From positions 24,166-88,165 of the IMG/VR virus record IMGVR_UViG_3300025138_000025: a DNA stretch of 64,000 nt, one strand, 5' to 3'. The first letter of the stretch is position 1. Each line of letters begins with the position of its first letter. This DNA is from a virus. Positions 8,222-17,707 of this stretch are shown piece by piece. A model generated the notes under the pieces. The model had not been told where the DNA came from. It searched no databases and worked only from the letters and a program-made list of their open reading frames with translations. The translations under genes were made by a program, and so were the position numbers.

Positions 8222-8734
8222 ATGATTACACAATTAAATAGTGAACTTAAGAAGATAGCACTAGATATTCTAGATTTTCCTCTTGATATGAGGGACACAA
8301 CCTTTCCCTTTTGGCACGCAGTTCCTCTGCATAAAAAACACCCCAAGTTAGACGATTACAAATGTACTTATCCTAAGTGGTATAACCATGAAAATGAGTT
8401 CTTAGAGATACTACGACACAAAATAGACAATACATTACCAAGTGCAGTAATTGCATTAGAAGTAAAAGATAAGTTTCCAGTACAGATACCGAACAAAGGA
8501 ATAGTGCAGATATTCTCATTAAACAAAAAGCATACTTCGATAGTTATTGGAAAAGACCTTAACAACCTCATGCATTGCTTGGATATTCCTAGCTATGAGC
8601 AGTTTGACTGGGCGAAACATTATATCAGTAATAATGCCTTACATTCCGACAATGGACTATATGTGGGTAATAAATTTTTTCACTCAATTCATGCGTCAGC
8701 GGGAGCAAAGTTATTATATGTCAAATACAATTAG
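8222..8734 (+). CDS. hypothetical protein, possibly oxygenase-fold
   Basis: 170-aa ORF within oxygenase/GT cluster; only a C-terminal FHS motif. Confidence 0.45.
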   Translation: MITQLNSELKKIALDILDFPLDMRDTTFPFWHAVPLHKKHPKLDDYKCTYPKWYNHENEFLEILRHKIDNTLPSAVIALEVKDKFPVQIPNKGIVQIFSLNKKHTSIVIGKDLNNLMHCLDIPSYEQFDWAKHYISNNALHSDNGLYVGNKFFHSIHASAGAKLLYVKYN

Positions 8735-9521
8735 ATTATTTATAGGTACGAGTGAAAAAGAAGATTATCTAATGGAACAGATATATCTCTACTCACTACG
8801 CAAAAACCTCGGTTCGGCATACGAATTAGAGATAACATTTTTGAGACCATCAATGTTTCCAAAATGGGATAGAAGATACTGGGGTACACCTTTTACTTGT
8901 TTTAGATATGCAGTTCCAGAACTATGCAACTTTGAGGGGAAAGCTATATACACAGATGTAGATATGATTAACTTTAGAGACATAGCACATCTATGGGAGT
9001 ATCCAATGCACGGCAAGCCTTTTGGATTTATATGGGATGCTCTACAAGACAACGGCAAGAAAGGTGCAGAGAAAGGAAAGCCTAGAGGTTGGTGGTGTGA
9101 TAGTCTGATGTTATTTGATTGCGAGAAAGCAAAGCCATACATGGACAGCATAAAGGATATGGAAGAATGGAGTGCAAAAACTAGCAAAAGTTATAAGTGG
9201 GAGTTCGGAGAGAAACTAGGTATGCCATACCAATCCAAATCACTAGAGTATATAGAATGGTTAGACTCACGATGGAATTGTTTTGATGGAGTCAACCCCT
9301 CAGAAGATGTTCCCAAAGAGGACAGACACGACTTTTGGAAGAAGCCACAGATGAGTGCAGATTATATGTGGCAGTTACATTTAACAGGTCTTAGTTACCA
9401 GCCGTGGCATCCAAGATATAATTGTTTTGCTAAGGCTACTCACTGGAGACAAGACTTAATGGAGATATGGTGGCACTATGCCGAAATAATTAGAGAGCTG
9501 GAGAACAATGGGAAGTCTTGA
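8718..9521 (+). CDS. GT-A glycosyltransferase (GT8-like)
   Basis: IRLFIG, TPFTCFRY, AIYTDVDM (DxD), WN..D, LHLT..QPW; start moved to ATG 8718. Confidence 0.85.
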   Translation: MSNTIRLFIGTSEKEDYLMEQIYLYSLRKNLGSAYELEITFLRPSMFPKWDRRYWGTPFTCFRYAVPELCNFEGKAIYTDVDMINFRDIAHLWEYPMHGKPFGFIWDALQDNGKKGAEKGKPRGWWCDSLMLFDCEKAKPYMDSIKDMEEWSAKTSKSYKWEFGEKLGMPYQSKSLEYIEWLDSRWNCFDGVNPSEDVPKEDRHDFWKKPQMSADYMWQLHLTGLSYQPWHPRYNCFAKATHWRQDLMEIWWHYAEIIRELENNGKS

Positions 9522-10245
9522 TTTAGACACATTACTGCAGCCGATAGGACTTGAACGCTTCTTGAAAGAATACAAAGGTAAGAAACATTTTGTAATCAAG
9601 TCTAAAGATAATATATTTAGTGAGCATTATAGCTGGAAGGAGTTCGATAACTACTTGAATCAGTACGAAATAGGGGCATGGGATAGGATGCCTCAGCTAC
9701 AAGTAGTAATGCCAGACGGCACTAAGTGGTGTAAGAAGAAGTCACCACACAAAAGAACAAGAGACGAATTATTAAAACTGTGGAGAGATGGAAGTAGTTT
9801 CATTATTACTATCTCCGAGTTTTTAAACAAAACAATGTGGAATCAGACTAGAGAGTTTGAAAAACACTATGGCATTGGACAGGCTAATATATACTGTTCC
9901 AATCAGAAAGATGCCAAGTGTTTTCCTATTCATGCCGACTCCACAGACAATTTTCTTTTCCATGTAAGTGGAAAGATAAGATGGTATATGTACGAGGACT
10001 TCGCCTTAGAGGACAAGCAGATGCGTCCCAAGTCCTATACTCCTAAATTACTGGAGACTATAGAGCTTGACGATGGAGACCTCTTGTATATACCTACTAG
10101 GCAGTATCATAAAGTAGATACTCTAAGCCCACGAATATCAATATCTTTTCATTTCCGTGAACCGCACAGCAGCGGACCTCATGGGGATAGAAGGCGTAAG
10201 TGGTTAGATTGGGAGCCAGGAGAAATATATGGCACAACCAAGTGA
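9508..10245 (+). CDS. JmjC/cupin-4 oxygenase (YcfD/RoxA-like)
   Basis: HAD..NFLFHVSGKIRW..GDLLYIP..HKV..ISISF. Confidence 0.88.
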   Translation: MGSLDLDTLLQPIGLERFLKEYKGKKHFVIKSKDNIFSEHYSWKEFDNYLNQYEIGAWDRMPQLQVVMPDGTKWCKKKSPHKRTRDELLKLWRDGSSFIITISEFLNKTMWNQTREFEKHYGIGQANIYCSNQKDAKCFPIHADSTDNFLFHVSGKIRWYMYEDFALEDKQMRPKSYTPKLLETIELDDGDLLYIPTRQYHKVDTLSPRISISFHFREPHSSGPHGDRRRKWLDWEPGEIYGTTK

Positions 10246-10606
10246 ACAGTTCCAAGGCGATATGTCGAGGAATGAGGTAGAAATAGACCTTAATAAGTTT
10301 ATGGCAATGGTTTCAGAAATTGGTGAATTAAAAGCCAAGATTATGGAGATGGAGAACGAAAAAGAGCCTGATAATCCATGGCAGAAATGGATATGGTTAT
10401 CAAACATGGTAGACGCATGGAGAATATTCCCTAGAGCATTTTTAAGTATTTATATGTATTTATTATACTATTGTACTTTTTGGTTCATGGAATTAGATGT
10501 ACCTACATTAGAGCAGTCGGGATTAATTTCGATTGTAGTAGGGGCAGGAGCTGCATGGTTTGGTCTTTACGCTGGAACAGCTAAAGATAAGATAAACTCA
10601 AAATAG
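10229..10606 (+). CDS. two-TM membrane protein, possibly holin-like
   Basis: DAWRIFPR then two hydrophobic helices. Confidence 0.55.
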   Translation: MAQPSEQFQGDMSRNEVEIDLNKFMAMVSEIGELKAKIMEMENEKEPDNPWQKWIWLSNMVDAWRIFPRAFLSIYMYLLYYCTFWFMELDVPTLEQSGLISIVVGAGAAWFGLYAGTAKDKINSK

Positions 10607-10609
10607 TTC

Positions 10610-10638
10610 TTGACATCTACTGATAATTTTAGTATAAT
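10610..10638 (+). promoter_or_regulatory. sigma70-type promoter
   Basis: AAAATAGTTC-TTGACA-N17-TATAAT. Confidence 0.9.
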
Positions 10639-10646
10639 ATACTCAT

Positions 10647-10760
10647 ATGAAAATTACAGAAACCAAACATAAACCAACCAAATCAGATAAACCATGCACT
10701 TACTGTGGAACTACAGAAAATGCAGATGGATTATGTGGTGTCTACAAGTGTTGGAAATAG
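10647..10760 (+). CDS. 37-aa Cys4 microprotein (not in ORF track)
   Basis: CTYC..CGVYKC; directly after promoter, stop abuts next ATG. Confidence 0.6.
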   Translation: MKITETKHKPTKSDKPCTYCGTTENADGLCGVYKCWK

Positions 10761-11357
10761 ATGAATTTATTTTATTTAGATGAAGACCTTGATAGATGTG
10801 CCGAGTACCATGTCGACAAGCATATTGTTAAAATGCCTCTCGAGGCAGCACAGTTACTGTGCACAGCAATATGGGTTGATGAAGTACTAGGCTTTGTACC
10901 TCGTGCGCTTGACAAGGACGAACGAGAAGTACTAAACAGTAAGAAAGCCAAGATAAAGCATCTTCCTATGGAAGAGCGACCTCTTACACCTTATCTGCCG
11001 ATGATGTATAATCATCCATGCACGATTTGGGTTAGGTCATCTTTGGATAACTTTGAGTGGGCTCATTGTTACGCTAACGCGCTCAATGATGAGTACCACT
11101 ATCGTTATGGAAAACAGCATAAGTCTATCGTAGAAGTAGTAAACAAACTACCTGAACCAAAGAATATGCCTAGGTTAGGACAGACTCCTTTCCTTATGGC
11201 TATGCCTGATGAGTTAAAAAACGAAGATGATGTTATACAATCGTATCGAGATTACTACCACCTAGACAAAGCAACCTTTGCCGAGTGGAAGTACAGAGAT
11301 AAGCCAGTCTGGTGGAATGAAGATTACGCAGACTATGAAAAGAGAATAACAAGATGA
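10761..11357 (+). CDS. pyrimidine-dimer DNA glycosylase / DenV-like family protein
   Basis: MNLFYLD..HVDKHIVKMPLEAAQLL, NHPCTIW, EY..RYGK.H, YRDYY. Confidence 0.8.
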   Translation: MNLFYLDEDLDRCAEYHVDKHIVKMPLEAAQLLCTAIWVDEVLGFVPRALDKDEREVLNSKKAKIKHLPMEERPLTPYLPMMYNHPCTIWVRSSLDNFEWAHCYANALNDEYHYRYGKQHKSIVEVVNKLPEPKNMPRLGQTPFLMAMPDELKNEDDVIQSYRDYYHLDKATFAEWKYRDKPVWWNEDYADYEKRITR

Positions 11358-11542
11358 TAAAAGTAAAAGTGGGCAAAGGTGCCTTAATGTTTAAAGAAGG
11401 AACATCAGACGAAGAAATCAATAAGAAGTTATTAGAGTACGCGCAGTTTCAAGTATTAAAACGACCAATAGTGGTCAGAAAGAGCAATGGGGATGAATAC
11501 CAGATGCTAAATGGAGTAAGATTAAATGGCAAGAAGCACTAA
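11354..11542 (+). CDS. hypothetical protein
   Basis: 62-aa ORF, ATGA overlap. Confidence 0.6.
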   Translation: MIKVKVGKGALMFKEGTSDEEINKKLLEYAQFQVLKRPIVVRKSNGDEYQMLNGVRLNGKKH

Positions 11543-11768
11543 AACAAACTTTTTAGACCAACTAATAGGAGTAAAAGAACCAACAGTGGAAACAATGGAA
11601 CATAGTCAAGTACTAAAACAAAACTTAGAAGCACAGATGTCAGGTGTCGAGAACGATATTGTCAATCTAAAGGCTCAACTTGCTAAGAAGAAAGAATATC
11701 TAGCTAAGTTAGAGGGCGGACTTGAAGTAATAGACGAACTCACAAAGCATGACAGTACACATAGTTGA
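11526..11768 (+). CDS. coiled-coil hypothetical protein
   Basis: 80-aa ORF with heptads. Confidence 0.6.
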   Translation: MARSTKTNFLDQLIGVKEPTVETMEHSQVLKQNLEAQMSGVENDIVNLKAQLAKKKEYLAKLEGGLEVIDELTKHDSTHS

Positions 11769-12384
11769 TAACTTCTATCCAAACCCAGACGAGGTTAGAG
11801 AAAAAGCACTAAAACTTTTTTACTATCCTGGAAGGCGAGGAAAGAAGATGGCATTTCCTGGAGATAGGACTTTGTCTAGTTACTCTAGTGAGAACCGACT
11901 ATTCTTAAAGAACAGATTAGAGAAAACTATAGGGAAGCAGATAACTTACTTTCCTCACAAAAACTCCAATGGAGCGTTTACTCTTGGGATAAAGAAAGAG
12001 AACGAGTTTCTTAACTGGATTCACCATGACTGTTCAGGATATTTAGAGAGAACAACAGAAAGTGTAGATGGTCAGGCATGGGCGTGTGTAATTTATTTAC
12101 AACCGACAGCCGACATTACTACAGGCACAGCACTCTTTAGAAGTAAGGTAACAGGTTCAATAGAGAAGTCAGAAGATTTAAAAATAGACAGAAATGCTGG
12201 GTTCAAAGGTGAGTGGAAAAGCAACAGTAAAGACTGGGAGTTGCATACTTATGTTGGGAATGTATATAACAGATGCGTTATTTATCCTGCAAAGTATTGG
12301 CATGCTCCTTTCAATGCTTCTTTTGGCAAAGACAAACAAACAGGAAGATTAGTACAAGTAGGATTTTTTACAACGGAGAAGTAA
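11749..12384 (+). CDS. 2OG-Fe(II) oxygenase-like protein (DUF6445-type)
   Basis: IVDNFYPNPD, FPG.R, WIHHD, GTAL, YNRCVIY..WH..RLVQ. Confidence 0.8.
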   Translation: MTVHIVDNFYPNPDEVREKALKLFYYPGRRGKKMAFPGDRTLSSYSSENRLFLKNRLEKTIGKQITYFPHKNSNGAFTLGIKKENEFLNWIHHDCSGYLERTTESVDGQAWACVIYLQPTADITTGTALFRSKVTGSIEKSEDLKIDRNAGFKGEWKSNSKDWELHTYVGNVYNRCVIYPAKYWHAPFNASFGKDKQTGRLVQVGFFTTEK

Positions 12385-12693
12385 ATGACAGAATATAATA
12401 ACGACAAGTTTAATGAAAGAGTAGCATTAAACATGCTAAAGAATCACATACTAAATACTTATGATAGTCACTACAGTATGAATAAAATCCAGTCAACCGA
12501 GTTCATCTTCGATGCTGGTCATGGCGAAGGCTTCTGCCTAGGCAACATTATAAAGTATGCCCAACGCTATGGAAAGAAAGATGGAAGAAACGAGCAGGAC
12601 TTATTAAAGATTCTGCATTATGCAATCATATTACTAGGGGTAGAGAATGAGAATAAAGAAGCACGAGAACTTAGCGGAAGCGAATATAAGTAA
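12385..12693 (+). CDS. DUF3310 family protein
   Basis: HY..IQ..GFCLGNIIKYAQRYGKKDG..DLLKILHY. Confidence 0.85.
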   Translation: MTEYNNDKFNERVALNMLKNHILNTYDSHYSMNKIQSTEFIFDAGHGEGFCLGNIIKYAQRYGKKDGRNEQDLLKILHYAIILLGVENENKEARELSGSEYK

Positions 12694-13300
12694 AGTAATA
12701 GAATTACTAGAAGGCGAGAAGCCTATAACTAAAAAAGAAGCGTGTGGCATGTTAAACATTGCCTACAACACTACAAGATTAAACAAAATCATAGTCGAAC
12801 ATAACGAGACTATGAGATTCCGTGCTTTAAGAAAGGCACAGAACAAAGGAAAAGGTGCAGACCCACAAGAGATAAAGAGTACAGTTCAGATGTATGTAGA
12901 CGGATTTAATGTATCTGATATAGCTAAGTCGCTTTATCGCTCACCTGCATTTATTAAAGGAATTATAGAAAGACTAGGAGTGCCTCAGAAACTCTCCATG
13001 ACTGACTACGACGGAAGAAGAAACGCAATCTTGCCAGACCAATGTATGGCAGATGAGTTTGAAATCGGAGAAAAAGTTTGGTGTATTCATCAGAATTACC
13101 CAGCTACTATCCAAAGAGAAATACAGCCTGAAGGAGAAGAAGAAAGAGGTTATAAATTATACTTAGTCTATACCATAGAGTGTACTGACCAAAGTTTATT
13201 AAGTAAAACTTTCTTTCCTCACATAACTTCTGCAGGTAAGTATTACCCACTACCAGCCTACTCGATTGGTAGTTTAAAACATTTACAACAATATTTGTAA
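12647..13300 (+). CDS. T5 D2-like protein
   Basis: TKKEACGMLNIAYNTTRL, HTH segment; T5 synteny before D3. Confidence 0.7.
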   Translation: MRIKKHENLAEANISKVIELLEGEKPITKKEACGMLNIAYNTTRLNKIIVEHNETMRFRALRKAQNKGKGADPQEIKSTVQMYVDGFNVSDIAKSLYRSPAFIKGIIERLGVPQKLSMTDYDGRRNAILPDQCMADEFEIGEKVWCIHQNYPATIQREIQPEGEEERGYKLYLVYTIECTDQSLLSKTFFPHITSAGKYYPLPAYSIGSLKHLQQYL

Positions 13301-13332
13301 AGAACTCAATAAAATGAGCATAAGGAAAAGAT

Positions 13333-13581
13333 ATGGATTATTTAATAGCCTTTTGGCTGTCTGCTTGGTTCATAGTAATATGGAAGCTGGTTCTACCTGC
13401 TTTTAGAGTTGCTGTGCTAACAGATAAAGACAATCCTGTCCTTAGGCATAAGAAAATCGTTACCATGGGAGTGTCATTAATGGCATTACCATTAACACCG
13501 TTATTAATGTTTGCGGCATTTGATGTAGGAAAACATAGAGAGAGGTTCATTAGGAACTTTGTTATAGGATTATTAGGATGA
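13333..13581 (+). CDS. membrane hypothetical protein
   Basis: Two hydrophobic segments, AAGGA SD. Confidence 0.65.
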   Translation: MDYLIAFWLSAWFIVIWKLVLPAFRVAVLTDKDNPVLRHKKIVTMGVSLMALPLTPLLMFAAFDVGKHRERFIRNFVIGLLG

Positions 13582-13787
13582 GCAATTATAGAGATAGATT
13601 AGTTAATGCACTTGTAAAAGTTTACGAAGGTTGCATTGAAGCACACAAAATGAATATAGAAGTGCTGTTAGGTTCGCATGTCGGACTAGCAGAACATGGA
13701 GATATCATTCAGACGTTAGACTTAGAAGTTGAAAAACTAGCTGGATTGGAAGACAAGTTGTCTTCTCTAAAGAGGAACTTTAAGTGA
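13578..13787 (+). CDS. hypothetical protein
   Basis: 69-aa ORF, VGLAEHGDI motif, coiled tail. Confidence 0.65.
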   Translation: MSNYRDRLVNALVKVYEGCIEAHKMNIEVLLGSHVGLAEHGDIIQTLDLEVEKLAGLEDKLSSLKRNFK

Positions 13788-13919
13788 CACACAACAGAAT
13801 TGATTGTGCAATTAAATTAAAAGCCTTACTTGATAAGTTGGATGGGTTGAATGACTTGTCCCCTAAAGAAAGAGAACACGCAATAGATGATTGCAAAGCA
13901 TTAGCAAGGGAGCTTAGTT

Positions 13920-14276
13920 ATGAGTCAGAATTTATTTCTGGAATCTGCTAAGTGCAAGATAGGGGTTATAAGAAACCCCTTTGAGAGAGCAGTAACAGAA
14001 TATCAAAACAGTCTAAATTATGTAGGCTTTGATGTTTGGTTGAACGCTAATGTAATGCAAAGTCAGAAAGAAATATATAAGGATTGTAATATCTTAATAC
14101 GACTAGAAGATTGGAAACATGAACTAGAGGAATTAGACTTACATCCGAAAGATACATCAGTTTTAGAGAACTTGTTTGTAGCACCTATGTGGAAGCAGTG
14201 GTATACATTAAGGACTCGTAGTAGTGTGGCAACACTATATAAAGACGATATTATCACATTCGGATATACCTTATAA
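13920..14276 (+). CDS. short sulfotransferase-family-like protein
   Basis: IRNPFERAV and YKDDIITFGY motifs; lacks N-terminal HIPK motif. Confidence 0.55.
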   Translation: MSQNLFLESAKCKIGVIRNPFERAVTEYQNSLNYVGFDVWLNANVMQSQKEIYKDCNILIRLEDWKHELEELDLHPKDTSVLENLFVAPMWKQWYTLRTRSSVATLYKDDIITFGYTL

Positions 14277-14286
14277 AATTTAGTTC

Positions 14287-14315
14287 TTGACTAATGCTTA
14301 AACTTTTAGTATAAT
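14287..14315 (+). promoter_or_regulatory. sigma70-type promoter
   Basis: TAGTTC-TTGACT-N17-TATAAT. Confidence 0.88.
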
Positions 14316-14339
14316 ATATTTATATTAAGGAAATAAGCA

Positions 14340-14807
14340 ATGAGCGACAGGTTTTACACACAAATGCTAGATGCCACAGGTTGGTGTCCGGGGTACCGTA
14401 ACACCTTTACTCTTGCCGAATACAAACAAAAATACAAAACAAGGAAAAGAAAAATGGCTTGGACAGACGAACTAAAAGCTCAGGCAGTAGAGATGTATAC
14501 TGCAGAGGAACCTACTCCTGAAACAAGTATGGAAATCGTTAAAATGATAGCTGATGACATAGACGAGAGTCCGAATGGAGTCAGAATGATATTAACAAAA
14601 GCTGGAGTTTATGTAAAGAAAACTCCTGCGACTGGAACTAAATCAGGTTCAACTGGTGGTACTAGAGTATCTGTAGCAGGTGCACAGGAAACTCTTACTA
14701 ATGCTATTAGTGATGCAGGAAAAGAACCAGATGCAGCAATTATCAGTAAGCTTACTGGTAAGGCAGCTCAGTATTTCGCACAGTTAATTAACGAACTGAA
14801 CGACTAA
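14340..14807 (+). CDS. T5 D3-like DNA-binding protein (second in-frame start 14454)
   Basis: WTDEL..SMEIV..SPNGVRMILTKAGVYVKK..KLTGKAA. Confidence 0.85.
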   Translation: MSDRFYTQMLDATGWCPGYRNTFTLAEYKQKYKTRKRKMAWTDELKAQAVEMYTAEEPTPETSMEIVKMIADDIDESPNGVRMILTKAGVYVKKTPATGTKSGSTGGTRVSVAGAQETLTNAISDAGKEPDAAIISKLTGKAAQYFAQLINELND

Positions 14808-14824
14808 CTTTACCCCTTGAAGCA

Positions 14825-14856
14825 ACTCAGTCTGTTCGCAGGCTGGGTCTTCTTTT
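14825..14856 (+). terminator. intrinsic terminator
   Basis: ACTCAGTCTG-TTCG-CAGGCTGGGT then CTTCTTTT. Confidence 0.75.
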
Positions 14857-14931
14857 ATCTTATAGAATCACCTTGCAAGACGATACCATAGTTGGGACGC
14901 TAAAGGACTTTAACAACCCACAAGGAAACGC

Positions 14932-15204
14932 ATGAAGAAAGATGACTTTATAAAGAATGTAACTAATGCAGGCGATGCCATCATTACTTACCGTAGTCAA
15001 AATAGTCGCAGAATGAAATATAATGTCTGCACAATGGACTTCGATAATAAGCATATCCAGACTAAGAGGAATAGAGCTAAACCCAATGACGACCAAGTAT
15101 TATTATTTTGTTGGGATTGTGATAGCTACAGACTTCTTGTTCCAGAGAATGTAACTTCTATAGTACCTTTAGCAGCGATACTGAAGAATGATAGAACTAC
15201 ATAA
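14932..15204 (+). CDS. WYL_2/Sm-like SH3-fold protein
   Basis: ITY..VCTMD..LFCWD.DSYR..VTSI; T5 synteny. Confidence 0.6.
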   Translation: MKKDDFIKNVTNAGDAIITYRSQNSRRMKYNVCTMDFDNKHIQTKRNRAKPNDDQVLLFCWDCDSYRLLVPENVTSIVPLAAILKNDRTT

Positions 15205-15490
15205 TGCACCACCAGTATACGAGAAACTAATACATTACAATGAAGAAAAACACGAGAGAGTTTACCTTACTGTAAATAGTTTTCGGAATATTGAGTACTT
15301 ACACATCAGGAAGTATTACCTAGACTTTGATGAAGAATGGAAGCCAACAAAGGACGGCATTGCTATACCAATAGACTTTAATAATAGCAAGGCATTATTT
15401 GAGGGATTAGTTGAGATTCTATCTATCTCGGAAGTCAAAACCGTTCTTGAAACTCATTTCAAAGATGTATTAGATAAGATTTACCTATAG
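15188..15490 (+). CDS. PC4-like ssDNA-binding protein
   Basis: SFRNIEYLHIRKYY..WKPTKDGIAI. Confidence 0.88.
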   Translation: MIELHNAPPVYEKLIHYNEEKHERVYLTVNSFRNIEYLHIRKYYLDFDEEWKPTKDGIAIPIDFNNSKALFEGLVEILSISEVKTVLETHFKDVLDKIYL

Positions 15491-15506
15491 CCCACAAAAA
15501 TAATAC

Positions 15507-15535
15507 TTGACATAAGCTCACAATTTCTGTATAAT
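15507..15535 (+). promoter_or_regulatory. sigma70-type promoter (leaderless ligase transcript)
   Basis: TTGACA-N17-TATAAT; 6 nt to ATG 15542. Confidence 0.9.
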
Positions 15536-15541
15536 ATATGT

Positions 15542-16483
15542 ATGAATAAGACAGAATACCTAGAATATTGTAATCAAAAGTATGCCGAAGGCAATCCTGT
15601 ATTGCCAGACGAGGTTTATGATAGGCTTGTGGAGAATACTGCTTTAGAAAGTAAAGTAGGCTATATCGAAGTAGGCGAACAAAGATTCCAACACCCCTTC
15701 CCAATGTATTCATTACAGAAAGTCTTCGTAGGCGAAGATGAAGAACCAAAATGGGATATCAACCAATCACACATTATGACTGCCAAGCTGGACGGTGCTG
15801 CTGTGTCTATAACTTATGTAGACGGCGTACTAACACAGGCACTTTCTCGTGGGGATGGTAAAGAGGGGCTAGATATTACTGAGAAAGTTAGATGTATAGT
15901 ACCAAATCGAATAGGATTGGATGGAGTAAGGCAGATTACTGGAGAAGTAGTTGCCCCTAAGACCATCCCTAACGCTAGAAATTATGCTAGTGGTGCATTG
16001 AATCTAAAAGATGTAAACGAATTCAAGTCCCGAGACTTAACCTTCATAGCTTATGGCGTACAGCCACAGCCAACCGATAGTTGGACTGAAGATATGTTAG
16101 TTATTTCTAACGAGGGACTTAACACAGTCACACAAAGTGATTATCGAGAATTTCCTCAGGACGGTAAAGTTGTAAGAGTCGACTCTAATATATATTTTGA
16201 AACATTAGGCTACACATCACACCATCCAAGAGGAGCTTTCGCGTTAAAAACCAGACAGGCAGGAGTAGTTACTCGATTGTTAGATGTTGAATGGAATGTC
16301 GGCAAATCAGGTGCTGTTTCACCAGTAGGTATACTTGAGCCTTGTGTCATCGGAGAAGCAACCGTATCTAGAGCAACATTGCATAACATTGCATATATAG
16401 ACGCTTTGGGATTAGAGATAGGTTGTAAGGTAGAAGTGATTAGAAGTGGAGAAATAATCCCAAGAATAGTAAAAAGAGTATGA
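15542..16483 (+). CDS. ligA: NAD-dependent DNA ligase, subunit A (adenylation + OB)
   Basis: MYSL, KLDG, RGDG..G.DIT, GEV, RN.ASG, DG.V, RATLHN, RSGEIIP. Confidence 0.95.
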   Translation: MNKTEYLEYCNQKYAEGNPVLPDEVYDRLVENTALESKVGYIEVGEQRFQHPFPMYSLQKVFVGEDEEPKWDINQSHIMTAKLDGAAVSITYVDGVLTQALSRGDGKEGLDITEKVRCIVPNRIGLDGVRQITGEVVAPKTIPNARNYASGALNLKDVNEFKSRDLTFIAYGVQPQPTDSWTEDMLVISNEGLNTVTQSDYREFPQDGKVVRVDSNIYFETLGYTSHHPRGAFALKTRQAGVVTRLLDVEWNVGKSGAVSPVGILEPCVIGEATVSRATLHNIAYIDALGLEIGCKVEVIRSGEIIPRIVKRV

Positions 16484-16956
16484 TTTGTGAAATCAAACAT
16501 TATCAGCAGTTAACTGTTGATGAACTCTATCGCGTAATCCAGTTAAGAATTGAAGGATTCATTGTGCAAAACAAAGTATGCTATCAAGACTTAGAGGATA
16601 AATACGACAAGCATCAATATTATATGATGTGGTATGAGAATGGTGTAATGATTGGAGTCAATGCTCTATGCTATAAAAAGAAGTTTAGAGGAGATAATGG
16701 AGAGATTTATAAATATCCCGCGTTTCGTAGACAGGCATGGATGCCTCAATACAAAGGCGGTTGTACTACTAGGGATTTGATTGAAGGAAAGAAGTTCTGT
16801 ATGAAAACATGGGGAAGCCCACGCATGATGTTAGAGATAACTTATGAGGGCGGAAAGCAACCTTTTTTAGATTTTGGATTTAAAGAAGTAGGCACTACAA
16901 TAGATAGTGCAAGTAGAAAAAATTGGATATTTGTATATGAGCCCGATACTTATTAA
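16480..16956 (+). CDS. ElaA-like GNAT acyltransferase (copy 1)
   Basis: LTVDELYRVIQLR..FIVQ..YQDLE N-terminus; FGF near C-terminus. Confidence 0.7.
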   Translation: MICEIKHYQQLTVDELYRVIQLRIEGFIVQNKVCYQDLEDKYDKHQYYMMWYENGVMIGVNALCYKKKFRGDNGEIYKYPAFRRQAWMPQYKGGCTTRDLIEGKKFCMKTWGSPRMMLEITYEGGKQPFLDFGFKEVGTTIDSASRKNWIFVYEPDTY

Positions 16957-17707
16957 CATAGATGTCTCAGGCATCTGCAACGAAACATGTAACTACTGCC
17001 CTCGTAGTAGTGGTTATGAGAATGTAAAAGAGTACATGGGTTTGCGAGATTTCGGAAAATTCATAGCTAGTTGCCACAGTTACAAAGGAACTATTTGTTT
17101 CACAGGTAGAGGAGAGAACTCCTTACACCCAGACTTCGGAGCATTAGCAAGGATGCTTCATCACGAGACTAGAACTTATAGAACAAGAATCTTAACTAAT
17201 GGATATAAGTTAGAACAAAAGATGCAATACTTTGACTTGTTTGATTCACTTATAATTAATAGTTATAAGTCAGAAGAACAGATGGAAGAACGCAAAAAGA
17301 TTATGCCTAGAGCAACACATAGATACTGGGACCAAAATATGAAGCCCGAAGATTGGGGAGAGACTCCAATTCAAGTAGCAAACAGAAGTGATATTTATAA
17401 TCGTATTGCTACAGATAGGTCAGCTATCAATGAAGTATGTATTCTACCTTTAACTAAAGGATGGATTCATTGGGATGGTAGTATACAGATGTGTTGTAAT
17501 GATTGGACAGACACAAATATATTTGGGAATATTAAAGAGGATAACTTCTTTGATGTTTGGAAGAACAATCCTAAACTACAAGAACTAAAACAACAATTAG
17601 CAAAAGGTAATCGTGCAGCAAATCCAATCTGTACAACATGCAATAGACTACCTTCAAATAGAGATAAGAATAAAATAAAATGGTTGAAGAAATTAAAAGT
17701 AATGTAG
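16937..17707 (+). CDS. radical SAM protein with SPASM/twitch domain (copy 1)
   Basis: CNETCNYC, GE..LHP, TNG, C..P..IHWDG..CCND..GNI..CTTC. Confidence 0.92.
   Translation: MSPILINIDVSGICNETCNYCPRSSGYENVKEYMGLRDFGKFIASCHSYKGTICFTGRGENSLHPDFGALARMLHHETRTYRTRILTNGYKLEQKMQYFDLFDSLIINSYKSEEQMEERKKIMPRATHRYWDQNMKPEDWGETPIQVANRSDIYNRIATDRSAINEVCILPLTKGWIHWDGSIQMCCNDWTDTNIFGNIKEDNFFDVWKNNPKLQELKQQLAKGNRAANPICTTCNRLPSNRDKNKIKWLKKLKVM

Noticed and set aside
14860-14935. Structured leader or 20-aa TTG ORF before the 14932 gene
   Set aside because: Only a 5-bp CCTTG/CAAGG pairing and no SD for the short ORF; too weak.
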